Shown: positions 11,778 to 24,076, numbered from the stretch's first letter. The stretch is DNA of 49,084 bases from Octopus bimaculoides (GCF_001194135.2 NC_068981.1:199673008-199722091), one strand, 5' to 3'. Numbers and translations are program-made. Notes: generated by a model not told the origin, from the sequence alone.

Positions 11778-13430
11778 CATCATCATTGTTTAATGTCCGC
11801 TTTCCATCCTGCCATGGGTTGGACAGTTTGACATGGGTCTAGCCAGCTGGGGGCTGTCCAGATTCCAGTTGTTTGTTGTGGCATGGTTTTTACAGCTGGA
11901 TGCTCTTCCTAATGCCAACCACTTATCAGTGTGTACAAGGTACTTTTTACATGCCACTGGCACCACCAGCATGGGTGTGTTTATACAGTACCAACATGGG
12001 TGCTTTTATGTGGTAGCACCTGAACGTGTGCATGTGTGAAAGACAACAATTTTACTTGGCTTGACGCATCTTATCAGTTACAGCAAATTGCCACATTTCC
12101 CAGTCCCTTCTTATTTCCTCAGTGAGACCCAACATCTGAAGATCCTTTCCACAGGTACCCACTACAATTAGAGCTCAGCATTTCTTTATGCAGCTGTCCT
12201 CATCCATGCACACTGCATGGCCCAACCATCACAGTCTTCCCTCTTACACACAACATCTGATGCCTCTTATACCCAGTTTTCCTCTAAAGTCATTTACACT
12301 CTGTTGTGCATGCACACTGACATTACCCATCCAGTGGAGCATACTCACTTCATTTCCTTCAAGCTTTCACAAGTCCTCTGCAGTCAAGGCCCATGTTTCA
12401 CTGTCATGTTTCTTAGCTGTATGTACACAGGCAATTTTACTATCTGCCTTTCAATCTGAGGGAGGGGCCTTTAATTACCAACAAAGGTAGAAGCTCTCTG
12501 AACTTTACCCATTTCTTTTCCACTACTGATGACTTGGTCTCCTAAATAACATAAGCTATCTACTGCTTCTAATGATCCTCCTGAGCATTTGAGGGAGTCC
12601 ATTGTCTGCACATGTTTTGTGCTTATTGCACCAACACTTTTGCCACACACAAACTCTATATTCTCCATTAACCTTCTGGGATACACCTTTTATGTGTCCA
12701 AAGCTTGCACTGGGTACAATGTATGGAGTTTCTATCAACACCCTTCTTACATATTGAGCAGGGCCATCTCCCAGAAAGGACTTGTGATTTGTCTGTTTTC
12801 CTACTTACTTGGACTTTGGCTTTTGCTAAATTAACTCTAAGGCACTTTAGGCCTTGTTCACACCTGAAATGTCTTCTCTAAGTGATTCAGCTATAAGAAC
12901 AAGCTCATCAGTGTAGAGGAGCTGCCAGGGACAGCTGGTTTTGAATTCCTCTGTTATTGCCTGGAGGACTAAGATAAACAGGAGGGGGCTGAGAACTGGG
13001 CCTTGTTGAACTCCTACCTGTACACTGAATTCATTGCTATACTTGTTGCCAACCTTCACCTTACAGGCAGCATCCCTGTACATGGCTTGTACGGCTCTCA
13101 CTAACCACTCATCTATCCCTAACTTCTGCATTGACCACCAGATAAGGGATCGGGGGACGCTGTCAGAGGCTTTCTCCATGTCGACAAAAGCCAGGTGCAG
13201 AGGTTTACTTTTGGCTTAATACTTCTGCAGTTGCCTAACCAGGAAAAAAGCATCCGTCATGCTCCTGCCTGGCACAAATCCAAACTGCATCTCTTCTGCA
13301 CTAACTCTCTTCCTAATTGAGCTATGACCCTTTCTTTGACTCCCATCACCTGCTCCAGCAATCTGATGACTGTAATTATTTCTGTTTAAGGCATCACCTT
13401 TACCTTTGTAGCAGATCATCATCAAACATC
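11778..13430 (-). mobile_element. RTE LINE, long degenerate copy with RT domain
   Basis: EKASDSVPRSLIWWSMQKLGIDEWLVRAVQAMY...GVQQGPVLSPLLFILVL...LLYTDELVLIAES; QFGFVPGRSMTDAFFLVRQLQ. Confidence 0.9.
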
Positions 13431-13759
13431 CATTTTCTCATGCTGGCACAAGTTACACAATTTGACAGGGAACTGGCTGGTTGCAGGGATGCATTAAGCT
13501 TTTAATGTCATATTTGGCATGATTTCTTTGCTTGGATACCCTTCCTAATGCCAGTCACTTTACAGAGAATATTGGGTGCTTTTTTTCTTGCTACAGGCTC
13601 TAGTGAGTTTGCCATGTAACTTCCAAGGCAGAAAAAGAAAAAAAAAACAGGGAAAAAGCTCTCACTACTAAAAGGAAGCATTTGAGGGGGAAAGATGGAG
13701 GTGGATGGCTTTATGCCAAGTGTTGAAAGGCTAAAGTGTGACAAAGGGACAAATAGTAG

Positions 13760-14215
13760 TTCCCATGAGCTTCCAGTTTTAAATTCCTCTGTTATGGTCT
13801 GGAGGGCAATGATGGATAGGAGGGACTGAGAACGAAACCTAGGTGTATGCCTACCTACACACTAAATTCATCACTGTACTCATTGCTAACTCTCACCTTA
13901 CTAACAGGACCCCTGTACATAACTTGTATGCTTTCACAAGTCATTCATCTATCCCCAGATTCCTCAGAAACCACCATATCACAGAACAAGGGACTCCATC
14001 AAAAGCTTTCTCCAGACCAACAAATGCCAAGTATAATGGTTTACTCTTGGCTAAATACTTCCTGCAGTTGTCTAAGAAGATGGTGTCTCTAATTAATTGG
14101 AGACACTAGAATTCTTTCTGCAAGTTTCATGACCTGCTCCAGCAGTTTGATACTTCTATCTAGGGTATCTCATTTACCCTTATAACAGCTGACTATAATG
14201 CTGCTATACCACTGG
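13760..14215 (-). mobile_element. RTE LINE RT fragment
   Basis: Nucleotide similarity to 12920-13400. Confidence 0.75.
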
Positions 14216-14311
14216 AGATACGCCTTCCTGAATAATCTAATTAACTATACAGGTGACGAGATGTATATTTATGTATATATATGTGTGTGTGTGTGTAGTT
14301 CTTTTCAGTAA

Positions 14312-14440
<129 letters not shown>

Positions 14441-14759
14441 TAACAAATATTCTGATTATTAGGTTCACCAGTTTAAGAAATCCTGCAAAGGTCAAAGCCA
14501 TATTACACTACCTCCTCCTCCTCATCATCATCATCATCATCATCATCAAATTGCCTCATCAAAGATCATGATCATTATTTCGCCCCCCCCCCCCACACAC
14601 ACACTGACTGACTTATTGAGAAAAAGAGAAAAATAAACAAAGAATTTCAGTATAACATACATAGATAAATTGGTTTATTCGAATGGAAAAAAAAAAGGGA
14701 ATTGAACTCTACATTATCCTATGTGTACAGTGTACTAGAAACAGCTGTTAAATCTACAG

Positions 14760-15350
14760 AATGAGGGCAGAAACAGTTACCTAGAGAGAGTGGGAAGTAA
14801 CAAGAGTTGTGCTGCTGTAAAGGGGATACATGGTAAGGGCAAGGAAAGGAGGGAGACAGAGTGTTCAAGAATGAGGGGCAGAAACAGGTTTGTTGCTGTA
14901 GAAGAGATACATGATTACTCAGCCAGTGAGAGAGAGAGTAGGAGACAGCAAGAGCAGGAGGGGGGATGGCAGCAAGTGCCAGGGTATACTTTCAAGGAAG
15001 GAAGATCAGGGCATGGATGGGAGATGAATCTGTGGCAGGTGTTGGCAGGGTATTTGCCAAGGAGTCGCAAGTAGGGAGTAGGAGAATGCAGGGACTGGAA
15101 AGAATCTGGGTATATAGAGGGGGAGGGAACAGGGGGAAGCAGCGATGTAGTGAGGACTGGGTTGGGGAGTGGGGAATACTGTGACTGGTGAGAATCTGGG
15201 TATGAGGAGGGGGACGGGGGAGATGCACTGATACAGTGAGTTGGGGAGTGGGAGATAATCATAGTGTATGAAGAGGAAATGTGAGGAAAGGGAAGTGGGG
15301 GGTGAAGTTTGGTTTGTTGGGGTAGGGTGTGTGATAGTTTTATTATGAGA
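14760..15350. repeat. Purine-rich dispersed repeat of unassigned class (second copy 44950-45540)
   Basis: Shared AAGTGCCAGG..ATACTT, GCAGG.TATT.GCCAA and end GGTTTGTTGGGGT.AGGG.TGTGTGA.A.GTTTT. Confidence 0.55.
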
Positions 15351-15399
15351 CACAACACTTCTAGACCTCAGGTTCACTGATGTGGCTGGGTCTTCTCAA

Positions 15400-16420
15400 G
15401 TAACCTCAGTCCAGTGTCATTTCTTGTGTGAGTCCCAACATCCTGAGATCAGTCCTCACCACTTCATCCCATGTCTTCCTGGGTCTCCTGCTTCCACAGG
15501 TGCCATCCACTTTCTGTGACAGGCACTTCTTTATGCACCTGTCCTCATTCATATGCATCACATGTCCAAACCAATATAGTCTTCTTCTCTTGAATGCTGC
15601 ATTTAATTCTTCTTATCCCCAACTTTTCTCTCAACACATTTGTGCTTTGTTATTCATGCACATTGATGCCACACGTCCAGCAGAGCATACTGCCTTCATT
15701 TCTCTCTAGTCTACACATATCCTCTGCATTCAGAGCTCAAGTTTCACTACCATGGAGTATGGCTGTTCATACACAAGCATCATACAATCTACCTTTCACT
15801 CTGAGAGAGAGTCCTTTAGTTGGCAACAGAGGGAATTAGAGTCTTATCTGCTTTCTTATTAACAACTTTGGTCTTAGCTAGGTTAACTTTGAGGCCCTTC
15901 GATTTCAGGCTTTGCTTCCATACCTGAAGTTTCTTCTCCAATTCTGCAATAAGAGCAAGGTCTTCAACATATAGTAATTCCCATGAGCATTCAGTTTTGA
16001 ATTCCTCTGTCATGGCCTGGAGGACTATGATGAATAAGAGTGGACTAAGAACTGAGCCCTGATGAACCCCTACCTAAGCGCTAAATTCATCACTATATTC
16101 ATGGCTGACTCTCACCTTCCTGACAGCACCACTGTACATGGCTTGGACAGCTCTAACAAGCCACTCCTCTACTCCTAACTTCCTTAGAGACCACCATATA
16201 ACAGAACGTGCAACTCTGTCAAAAGCTTTCTCCAGGTCACCGAAAGCTCAGGATATTGGCCAAATATTTTTCCTGCAGCTGCCTCACTAGGAAGATGGGA
16301 TCTGTGGTACTCTTCCCAGGTACAAAACCAAAATGCATCTCATCTAGTTTAATTCTATTTCGAATCGATTGAGCTAAAGCCCTCTCTGTAACTTTCTTGG
16401 CCTGGTTCAGTAGTTTGATA
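15400..16420 (-). mobile_element. RTE LINE ORF2 fragment
   Basis: TEEFKTECSWELLYVEDLALIAELEKKLQVWK..LKSKGLKVNLAKTKV. Confidence 0.85.
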
Positions 16421-17475
16421 CCTCTCTAGTATATATATACTGATTGACCTATATCTTTTGTTGTATGTTTATATTGATTTATTGAGCTATTCTGTTAATG
16501 TACTACATACTTACTAACTTGGTATTTTGAGTACTACTGCTAGAATGAAACTTAATTTAGTAGAAGCCAGTTAAGGAATTGGTCCTCTTTCAAGATACTA
16601 CACTTGAAAGGGAAGATTGATTCCACCCTAGCCCTACAATATATGCTTGATTAGGAAAATAAGGATCTCTTAACAGGTTTCCACTTTTTAGTCAGCTTCC
16701 TGTTACCTCAGTGTTGTCATATGGAATAAGAGGACGACAGCCGATGCATAAACGTGTATTTCGGCGGATCTAAAGACTGATATTACTTCATTAGATCAAT
16801 GACCAAATCACTAAATCATTTCATTATTTTTATTATAAGGAAGACTCTTCAACAATTTCAGTGATTTAAACTCTATTATTATTTCATATTCCCAAACACA
16901 TTTGTTTGGACATTGCATCCAAGCATTGCATCTATAAATTTGCTGATAAACACTTTTGTTTCCTCTCTTCTGCAAAATTGGGATAACTGTGGCCCCTCTG
17001 AGAAATGAGCCCCACAAGGTGAGGTGGTTGCTGGCCATTCTCCAATCATGTCTGCGGGGCACATCTGAACATGCCGTTTGTTCTGGGGTGTTTCCCCCTC
17101 CCACCATTAAATTGTGATCCATTTTTTTTATATAAATAAAACTTGTAAACTCATTTGTTTTTAAATTTTCCTTAGAAAACCAGATTAATTAATTAATTAA
17201 TTAATTAATATGTATGTATTTATTAAGTGAACAGCTGGAACTAAAATACTCTTCCAGTCCCAAACTATTCTACCCTTTTCCTTAAAATGATTTTCTATAA
17301 TTAGATTTTCCATTTGTGATATAAAGTTAAATAGTTGTCTTATTTAAAGGTAGAAACATCTTTTCTTTCTAAAATTTCCTTTCTTTCTTTTTTGTATAAA
17401 GTTGAGAGCAGATTTAAAATTACTCCATGTCTATTTTAATATGTTTGTCATTGAATTTTCTTTCTTGTCTTACAG

Positions 17476-17594
17476 ACCATCATCATGTCGGATTGTATCA
17501 TTCGTGGTGACCTGGCCAATGTCAGAATAGGCAGACATTGTATAATCAGTGCTAAAGCTGTGATTAGACCACCTTTTAAGAAGTTTAGCAAAGG
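17476..17594 (+). CDS. DCTN5: DCTN5 coding exon 3 ([40 protein letters not shown])
   Basis: Acceptor tcttacag|, donor GG|gtaaga; 119 nt, phase 2; hexapeptide-repeat (left-handed beta helix) sequence of p25. Confidence 0.96.
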
Positions 17595-17989
17595 GTAAGA
17601 GAAATTTCTCTGTTCTGAACTATTATTAGTCCAAGCTATTTGGCATTTCTACTTACACTATATTCTCATTGATTGGATCTCCAGTTGTCGTCAGATGTCT
17701 TATATTCGGATGTGTACATGGCCTGGACAAGATTTGAACTAGAAACAATTATCTCTAAACTTCTAGCAATGTCATTATCCACTGAGTGCTAATTTGGTTG
17801 TATGTGTATCTACCTGGTGGCAACATGGTGTAAATATAGTTATTGTAGAAATTATTTGTATCCAATGATAATATTCGAGAAATGATAACCTGAACAACTC
17901 CCCTCTAAAAACCCTTATTTTCTTAACCTATTTAACGAATGTAATATTCCATAGTTAAGTTATTCTCAGTGATCTAATCCAAGATTTGG

Positions 17990-19188
17990 TTGAAATATTT
18001 GTTGGGGATCATTTTGACTAGTTCTGTAGCAGGACAACAGCACATAGTTGTGTGTGCAGTGAGAGTTAGCAGTGACTTTCATTCGTGAGGCAGTGTATTG
18101 CGTGACATTGCTGTGTTTATTTCGCAAGTTGTGAAATGGACAGGAACAAAGAGCCACCATGAAATTTTGCATTAAACTTAGAAGGTCTGCTACAGAGACA
18201 TTGAGCATGCTTTGGCAAGCTTAGGGTGACCAGGCAATGGGTCATGTGCAATGTTCCAAGTGGCACAGGCACTTCAAAAGTAGAAGAATGTCCTTGGAAG
18301 ACAATGAGCAATCTGGAAGACCTGCCATGAGTGTTACCCCCGAAAATGTGGAGAAAATTCATCAGCATGTGGATGAGGATCATTGGAGGACAATCAACGA
18401 CATTGCTGATGTGGTTTGCCTGTCCTATGGGTCCCTGCAGATAATCCTAACATCTGAATTGAACATATGGCATGTCTCTGCCAAGTTTGTCCCCGGCCTG
18501 CTTACCTCTGAGCAGAAAGAACAGAGCATCGAAGTCAATCAAGATCTCCATCAACATGCCACTGATGACTCATTCATCATGTTGCTAATCACCTCCAGGG
18601 ACAAGAGTTGGGTCTATGGGTACAACCTTGAGATGCAGCCCCTCATCTCCACAACCAAAGAAGGTCCAACAGACCCACAGCTCAATCAAGAGCATGCACA
18701 TCATTTTATTACAACATGATGTAGATTATTCAATGTCCATGGTAAAGAATTTATACCCCCAGAGCCAGATCACCAATCTAGAGTGCTAATGCAATGTTCT
18801 AAAGCATTTGAGGGAGGATGTTCAGCGAAAATAACCAGATCTATGGAGCACGAGAAACTGGATTCTTCTCTGCTACAATAATGCACCCTGTCACCAAGCT
18901 CTTCTCACTAAAAACACCATACCACTGCTCCCACCCCATTCCCCAGATTTAGCACCTGCAGACTTCCATCCCTTCCCCAGGAGAAAAAGGTAACTCAAAG
19001 GTTGCCATTTTAACACTGTTGTCCTGATCCAAAGCAAATTGCAGAAGGTCCATGACTTCCAGGCAGGAATGCTGGGACCGGAGTATTGCTTTGCAAGGTG
19101 ACTGTTTCAAAGGAAATGATGTTCAAACTGAGGTAAATAAGTTATTCCTTTATTAAACATAACTGGTCTGGGAACTTTTTGATTCCAT
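17990..19188 (+). mobile_element. Degenerate mariner (DD34D-type) transposon
   Basis: KWHRHFKSRRMSLEDNEQSGRP..ENVEKI..VDEDHWRTI.DIAD...VSAKFVP.LLT.EQK; decayed DESWVYGY, HDNAP and SPDLAPADF motifs; right end shared with 44270-44320. Confidence 0.88.
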
Positions 19189-19189
19189 G

Positions 19190-19330
19190 TGATGTCCATT
19201 TTCCATGCTGGCATGGGTTGGACTGTTTGCCAGGAGCTGGAGAGCTGCAGCAGGCTCCAGTTGTCTATTTTGGCATAGTTTCTATGGCTGGATGCCTTTT
19301 CTAACACCAATCACTATATAGAATGTGTTG
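19190..19330 (-). mobile_element. RTE LINE 3' end fragment abutting the mariner end
   Basis: GTCCATTTTCCATGCTGGCATGGGTTGGAC...GGCTGGATGCC. Confidence 0.7.
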
Positions 19331-19579
19331 GCTGCTCTTTATGTGGCACCTAATAAATGTCAGCCAAGCATTCATAATTTTTATAAAACTCAGTTATTTG
19401 TCCCAGAAGTTGGATTTGTCTTGTGTTAAATGAAACAATATTTTTCAATAATAATAATTGTTCAGTGGAAGACATTCTAGAGTTCAGTTTGGCTTGCAGG
19501 ATTGCATTCCATTCGTGTGTTCTGAGGTGGAATCCTTTTGCTAAACACTTTCACTATCATTCATCCCCAAAATTGATAT

Positions 19580-19978
19580 CTTTTACTTCTTTCAGTCATT
19601 AGACTGTGGCCATGCTGGGGCACTGCCTCCAAGTATTTTAGTCAAGCAAATCAACCCCCAGTACTTTTTTGTTTTTTAATTCTGGTAGTTATTCTATCAG
19701 TCTCTTTTACTGAATCACTAAGTCATGAGGACATAAACACACCAACACTGGTTATCAAGTGGTGGTGGGGATACAAACTGAGACACAAAGACACACACAC
19801 ACACACACACACACACGATGGGCTTCTTTCAGTTTCTGTCAACCAAATCCACTCATAAGGCTTTGGTTAGCCTGAGGCTACAGTAGAAGACACTTGCCCA
19901 AGGAACAATGCAGTGGGACTGAACCCAGAACCACGTGGTTGGGAAGCAAACCTCTTACCACACAACCATTCCTGCACA
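19580..19978 (-). mobile_element. Near-complete SINE family A (tRNA head, core, (CA)n, tail)
   Basis: Reverse complement contains the head/core seen at 1144 and 25359 and the tail seen at 7085-7205. Confidence 0.82.
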
Positions 19979-19984
19979 TACCAA

Positions 19985-20790
19985 CATCATCATCATCATC
20001 ATCATCCGTTTTCCAGGCTGGCATGGATTTAATGGTTTGACTGGGGACTAGGAAGACAGAAGGCTGCACCAGGCTCCAATCTGATCTGGCAAGGTTTCTA
20101 CAGCTGGATGCCCTTCTTAANNNNNNNNNNGATCTGGCAAGGTTTCTACAGCTGGATGCCCTTCTTAATGCCAACCACTCTGAGAGTGTAGTGGGTGCTT
20201 TTTACATGCCACTGACACAGGGGCCAGTCAAGTGGCACTGGCATCAGCCACAACTACAATTTCCATTTTGATTTTACTTGACTTGATAGGTCTTCTCAAG
20301 CACAGCATGTTTCCCAATGATTCAAAGGTTCCTTTTTAAATGGGCTGGTTATGCAACACTGTTATCAGCCATGGCTGTGATCTCACTTTACTTACCGGGT
20401 CTTCTCAATCACCACATATCTCCAGAGGTCGCAGTCTCTTTTGTTATTGCCTCTGTGAAGGTCGTGCTTCATCACCTCATCCCAGGTCTTCCTGGGGCTT
20501 CCTCTTCCACAGGTCCCTTCCATTGTTAGGGAACACTTCTTCACACAGTTCTCCTCATCCATACGCAGCACATGACCATACCAGCACAGTCATCTCTCAG
20601 GCCACTTATAGTCTGTCCTGCATGCACACTGACATTACACATCCAGCAGATCATACTGGCTTCATTTCTTTCAAGCCTACATATGTCCTCAACAGCCATG
20701 GGCCATGTTTCACTACCATGTAGCATGGCTGTTCACACACATGCATCATACAGTCTACCTTTCACTCTGGGTGAGAGAACAAATACACCA
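19985..20790 (-). mobile_element. RTE LINE 3' fragment spanning an assembly gap
   Basis: MLHGSETWPMAVEDICRLERNEASMICWMCNV; (CAT)n end at ~19985. Confidence 0.85.
20121..20130. other. Assembly gap (10 N) with a 38-bp duplication across it
   Basis: 20083-20120 is identical to 20131-20168. Confidence 0.95.
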
Positions 20791-20875
20791 ATCATATACT
20801 GGGGTAGGAGACTCTGAGCTGAGCTGAATCTCCTTCTCTTCCTCTATAAATTTATGATTTTGTCCTGATTTTATA

Positions 20876-20876
20876 G

Positions 20877-20913
<37 letters not shown>
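20876..20913. repeat. (ATT)n microsatellite ~40 nt upstream of the DCTN5 exon 4 acceptor
   Basis: Direct reading. Confidence 0.9.
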
Positions 20914-20914
<1 letters not shown>

Positions 20915-20955
20915 CAAGTTTTAAACATGTGTTTAATATTTTTGTCTTTTTCCAG

Positions 20956-21067
20956 TGTAGCATTTTTCCCTCTCCATATAGGAGACCATGTCTTCATAGG
21001 TGAAGATTCTGTTATCAACGCAGCACAAGTTGGATCTTTTGTTCAAGTCGGCAAAAACTGTGTTATT
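20956..21067 (+). CDS. DCTN5: DCTN5 coding exon 4 ([37 protein letters not shown])
   Basis: Acceptor tttttccag|, donor ATT|gtgagt; 112 nt; completes the phase-2 codon from exon 3. Confidence 0.96.
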
Positions 21068-21224
21068 GTGAGTAAAAATTCTGATGCTTTAAGAAAATGA
21101 ATGTTCTTCAAAGAATCAAGGAATTGCCATTTTGGATATTATTTTCAATAATGATTTATTTGTTTACAAAAATAGAAATATTACATTTCTAAATTTCTAA
21201 GAGAGAGTTATGCTGTAACAGCAC

Positions 21225-21446
21225 AATAAAGTGATGGCTTGTTGCCAACTTAATGTGACAGTCCCAGGAAAGGGAAGAATGTTACTGTTATTTAGCCCCA
21301 GGAAACACCGTTTCTAGTTGGTTATGTAACACAAGCATTCTGTGTCTTTAAATTTTCAAATGGTGTTTCTTGGGGCTAAATAACAGTAACATTCTTCCCT
21401 TTCCTGGGGCTGTCACATTAAGTTGGCAACAAGCCATCACTTTATT
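21225..21446. repeat. Long inverted repeat: 89-bp arms, 44-bp spacer
   Basis: 21225-21313 is the reverse complement of 21358-21446 with 3 mismatches. Confidence 0.95.
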
Positions 21447-21569
21447 TGTTTGTTTTGCAAGATGTAAAAGTGTGTGTTGAAACATATTCTGTTGTATCTT
21501 GGGAGGGTCATTATGCCAATAATAACTATACACACTGGTTCCATTTCATTTCTTTTATTGTTATTTGTT

Positions 21570-21850
21570 AATCATATCTTCATGAGACTACCTCTTCGAC
21601 AGGTCCCCTCCACAATTGCAGGTTCGCACTTCTTTATGCAGTTGTCCTCATCCGTATGTATCACATGACCATACCAGTCTCTCTTGTACACTACATCTGA
21701 TGCCCCTTATGCCCAATCTTTTCTCAAGATGTCTACACTCTGTCATACATGCTCACAGACACTCTATGTCCAGTGGAGCATGTTGGCTTCATTTCTTTCA
21801 AGCTTTCGTATGTTCTTTGCTGTCACAGCCCATGTTTCACTACATGGCTT
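21570..21850 (-). mobile_element. RTE LINE ORF2 C-terminal fragment
   Basis: Homologous to 12170-12420 and 22570-22830. Confidence 0.7.
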
Positions 21851-21951
21851 TGTTAATATTTAACCAATTAGTTAATTGATTATTTGATTAATTATTCAGT
21901 GTCAGTCAGTCAATCTGCTAAGTTTGTTGAAGTCCTTCCATTGCCATTTGC

Positions 21952-22012
<61 letters not shown>
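21952..22012. repeat. (CT)n microsatellite
   Basis: Direct reading. Confidence 0.9.
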
Positions 22013-22016
<4 letters not shown>

Positions 22017-22229
22017 CCAGGTCTGTTTTCTAGTTTGCACTTTCTATATTTATATGGATGTCAGTGAGAATGTTTGTGGGAGTGGGGAGGGAGAGCAAAA
22101 GAAAGAGTGTGTGTGTGTGTATGGGTGCACATTTGTGTGACAAGTCGATTCTTTAAGTATGTGAGAGAGAACATCTGTTTGTGCATGGTGTGGATTTTGT
22201 GAAAGGTATGAGTTTTAAACATTTATTTC

Positions 22230-23330
22230 TGTATCATCATCATCATTTAATGTCCATTGTCCATGCTGGCATGGGTTGGACAGTTTGACCAGGGCTGGCA
22301 AGATGGAAAGCTGCACCAGACTCCAATCTGATTTGGCAAGGTTTCTATGGCTGGATGCCCTTCCTAACACCAACCACTCCAAGACCATAATCTGTGCTTT
22401 TACATGCCACCGGCACAGGTGCCATTTATATGACACCAGCATCAGTCATGACTACGATTTCACTTACCTTGACGGATCTTCTTAAGCACAGCATATTGCC
22501 AAAGGTCTCGGTCACTAGTCATTTCCTCTTTGAGGCCCAAAGTTCAAAGATCATGCTTCACCACAGGTTCCCTCCACAGTTTGAGACTGGCACTTCTTTA
22601 CACAGCTGTCCTCATCCATAAGCATCACATCACCATACCAGCGCAGTCGTCTCCCTTGCACACCACATCCAATGCTTCTTATGCCCAACTTTTCTCTCAA
22701 GATGCTTACACTCTGTCAAACATGCACACTGACATTGCACATCCAGTGAAGCATACTAGCTTCATTTCTTTCAAGCCTACGCATGTCCTCAGCTGTCAGT
22801 GCCCATGTTTCACTTCCATGTAGCCTAGCTGTTCACACTTAGGCGTTGTACAATCTGCCTTTCATTCTGAGAGAGAAGCCCTTTGTTGCCAGCAGAGGTG
22901 GGAGCTCTCTGAACTTTGCCCAGCCTAATCTTATTCTCAAAAATCCACCACCGCTAATAACTTGGTCACCTAGATACAGAAGTTATCAACTATCTCTAGT
23001 TTACCCCCACTGACAGTTGTTGCAGTCTATTTTCTGTACAATTTCTGTGTTTATTGTACCTGTGCATCTTCCACACACAAAAGCTATTTTCCCTGTTAAC
23101 CTTCCTCTGATATTGCTGCACCTCTTATGTGTCCATAGCTTACACTGGGTACATCTTATGGAGCTTCTACCTACGCCTTTTCTACAGATAGAGCAGGGCC
23201 CATCTATCTGAAAGGATTTTTGATTTGTCTGCTTTCCTACTTATTAAGACTTTGGTTTATGCTAGGTTAACTCTTAAGGCCCTTCGATTCTAGACTTTGC
23301 TTCCATACCTGAAACTTCATCTCTAGTTCT
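22230..23330 (-). mobile_element. RTE LINE fragment (3'UTR plus ORF2 end)
   Basis: (CAT)n end and continuous homology with the 11778-12840 copy. Confidence 0.85.
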
Positions 23331-23479
23331 GGTAGTGTATATATTTATTTATTTTTATGGTTCTACTAACTTATAAGTCAGTATACATCCATTGGTGTGA
23401 GTGTCAGATTGATGAAACATACATTGTGTGAGATTAATTGCTGTGCATGGGCAAAAGCCTAATTCCTCAATACTCGTAT

Positions 23480-23740
23480 ACGTCGTCGTCGTTTAACGTC
23501 CGCTTTCCATGCTAGCATGGGTTGGACGATTTGACTGAGGACTGGTGAAACTGGATGGCAACACCAGGCTCCAATCTAATTTGGCAGAGTTTCTACAGCT
23601 GGATGCCCTTCCTAACGCCAACCACTCAGAGAGTGTAGTGGGTGCTTTTACGTGTCACCCGCATGAAGGCCAGTCAGGTGGTACTGGCAACGGCCACGCT
23701 CAAAATGGTGCATTTCATGTGCCACCCGCACAAAAAAAAA
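23480..23740 (-). mobile_element. RTE LINE 3' end (CpG-rich, apparently young)
   Basis: CGTCGTCGTCGTTTAACGTCCGCTTTCCATGCTAGCATGGGTTGGACG; CpGs retained. Confidence 0.8.
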
Positions 23741-24076
23741 GATTTCGTGTGTCGCCCGCACATGAGCCAGTCCAGGGGAACCAGCAACGATCTCGCTCGA
23801 AAATCCTACAATGGCCCCGCACAAGAGCCAGTCCAGAGGCACTGGTAACAGTCTCGCTCGAAAAATTTCTTGTGTCACCCGCACAAGAGCCTGTCCAGGA
23901 GCACTGGCAACGATCTCACTCGAAAGATTTCATGTGTCGCCTGCACATGAGCCAGTCCAGGGGAACCAGCAATGATCTCGCTCGAAAATCCTACAACGGC
24001 CCTGCACAAGAGCCAGTCCAGTGGCACTGGCAACGGTCTCGCTCAAAAAATTTCTTGTGTCACCCGCACAAGAGCC
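23741..24076. repeat. Tandem repeat of ~61-62-bp units with 185-bp higher-order period
   Basis: Units start ~23741, 23803, 23865, 23926, 23988, 24050; core GCACA(A/T)GAGCC(A/T)GTCCAG; pattern A-B-C-A'-B'-partial C'. Confidence 0.9.

Noticed and set aside
20083-20168. 38-bp direct repeat as a biological duplication
   Set aside because: Sits exactly across a 10-N gap; most likely unmerged overlapping contig ends
23741-24076. CRISPR-like array
   Set aside because: Units are contiguous diverged monomers without unique spacers, derive from a LINE 3'UTR, and lie in a eukaryotic intron with no cas genes
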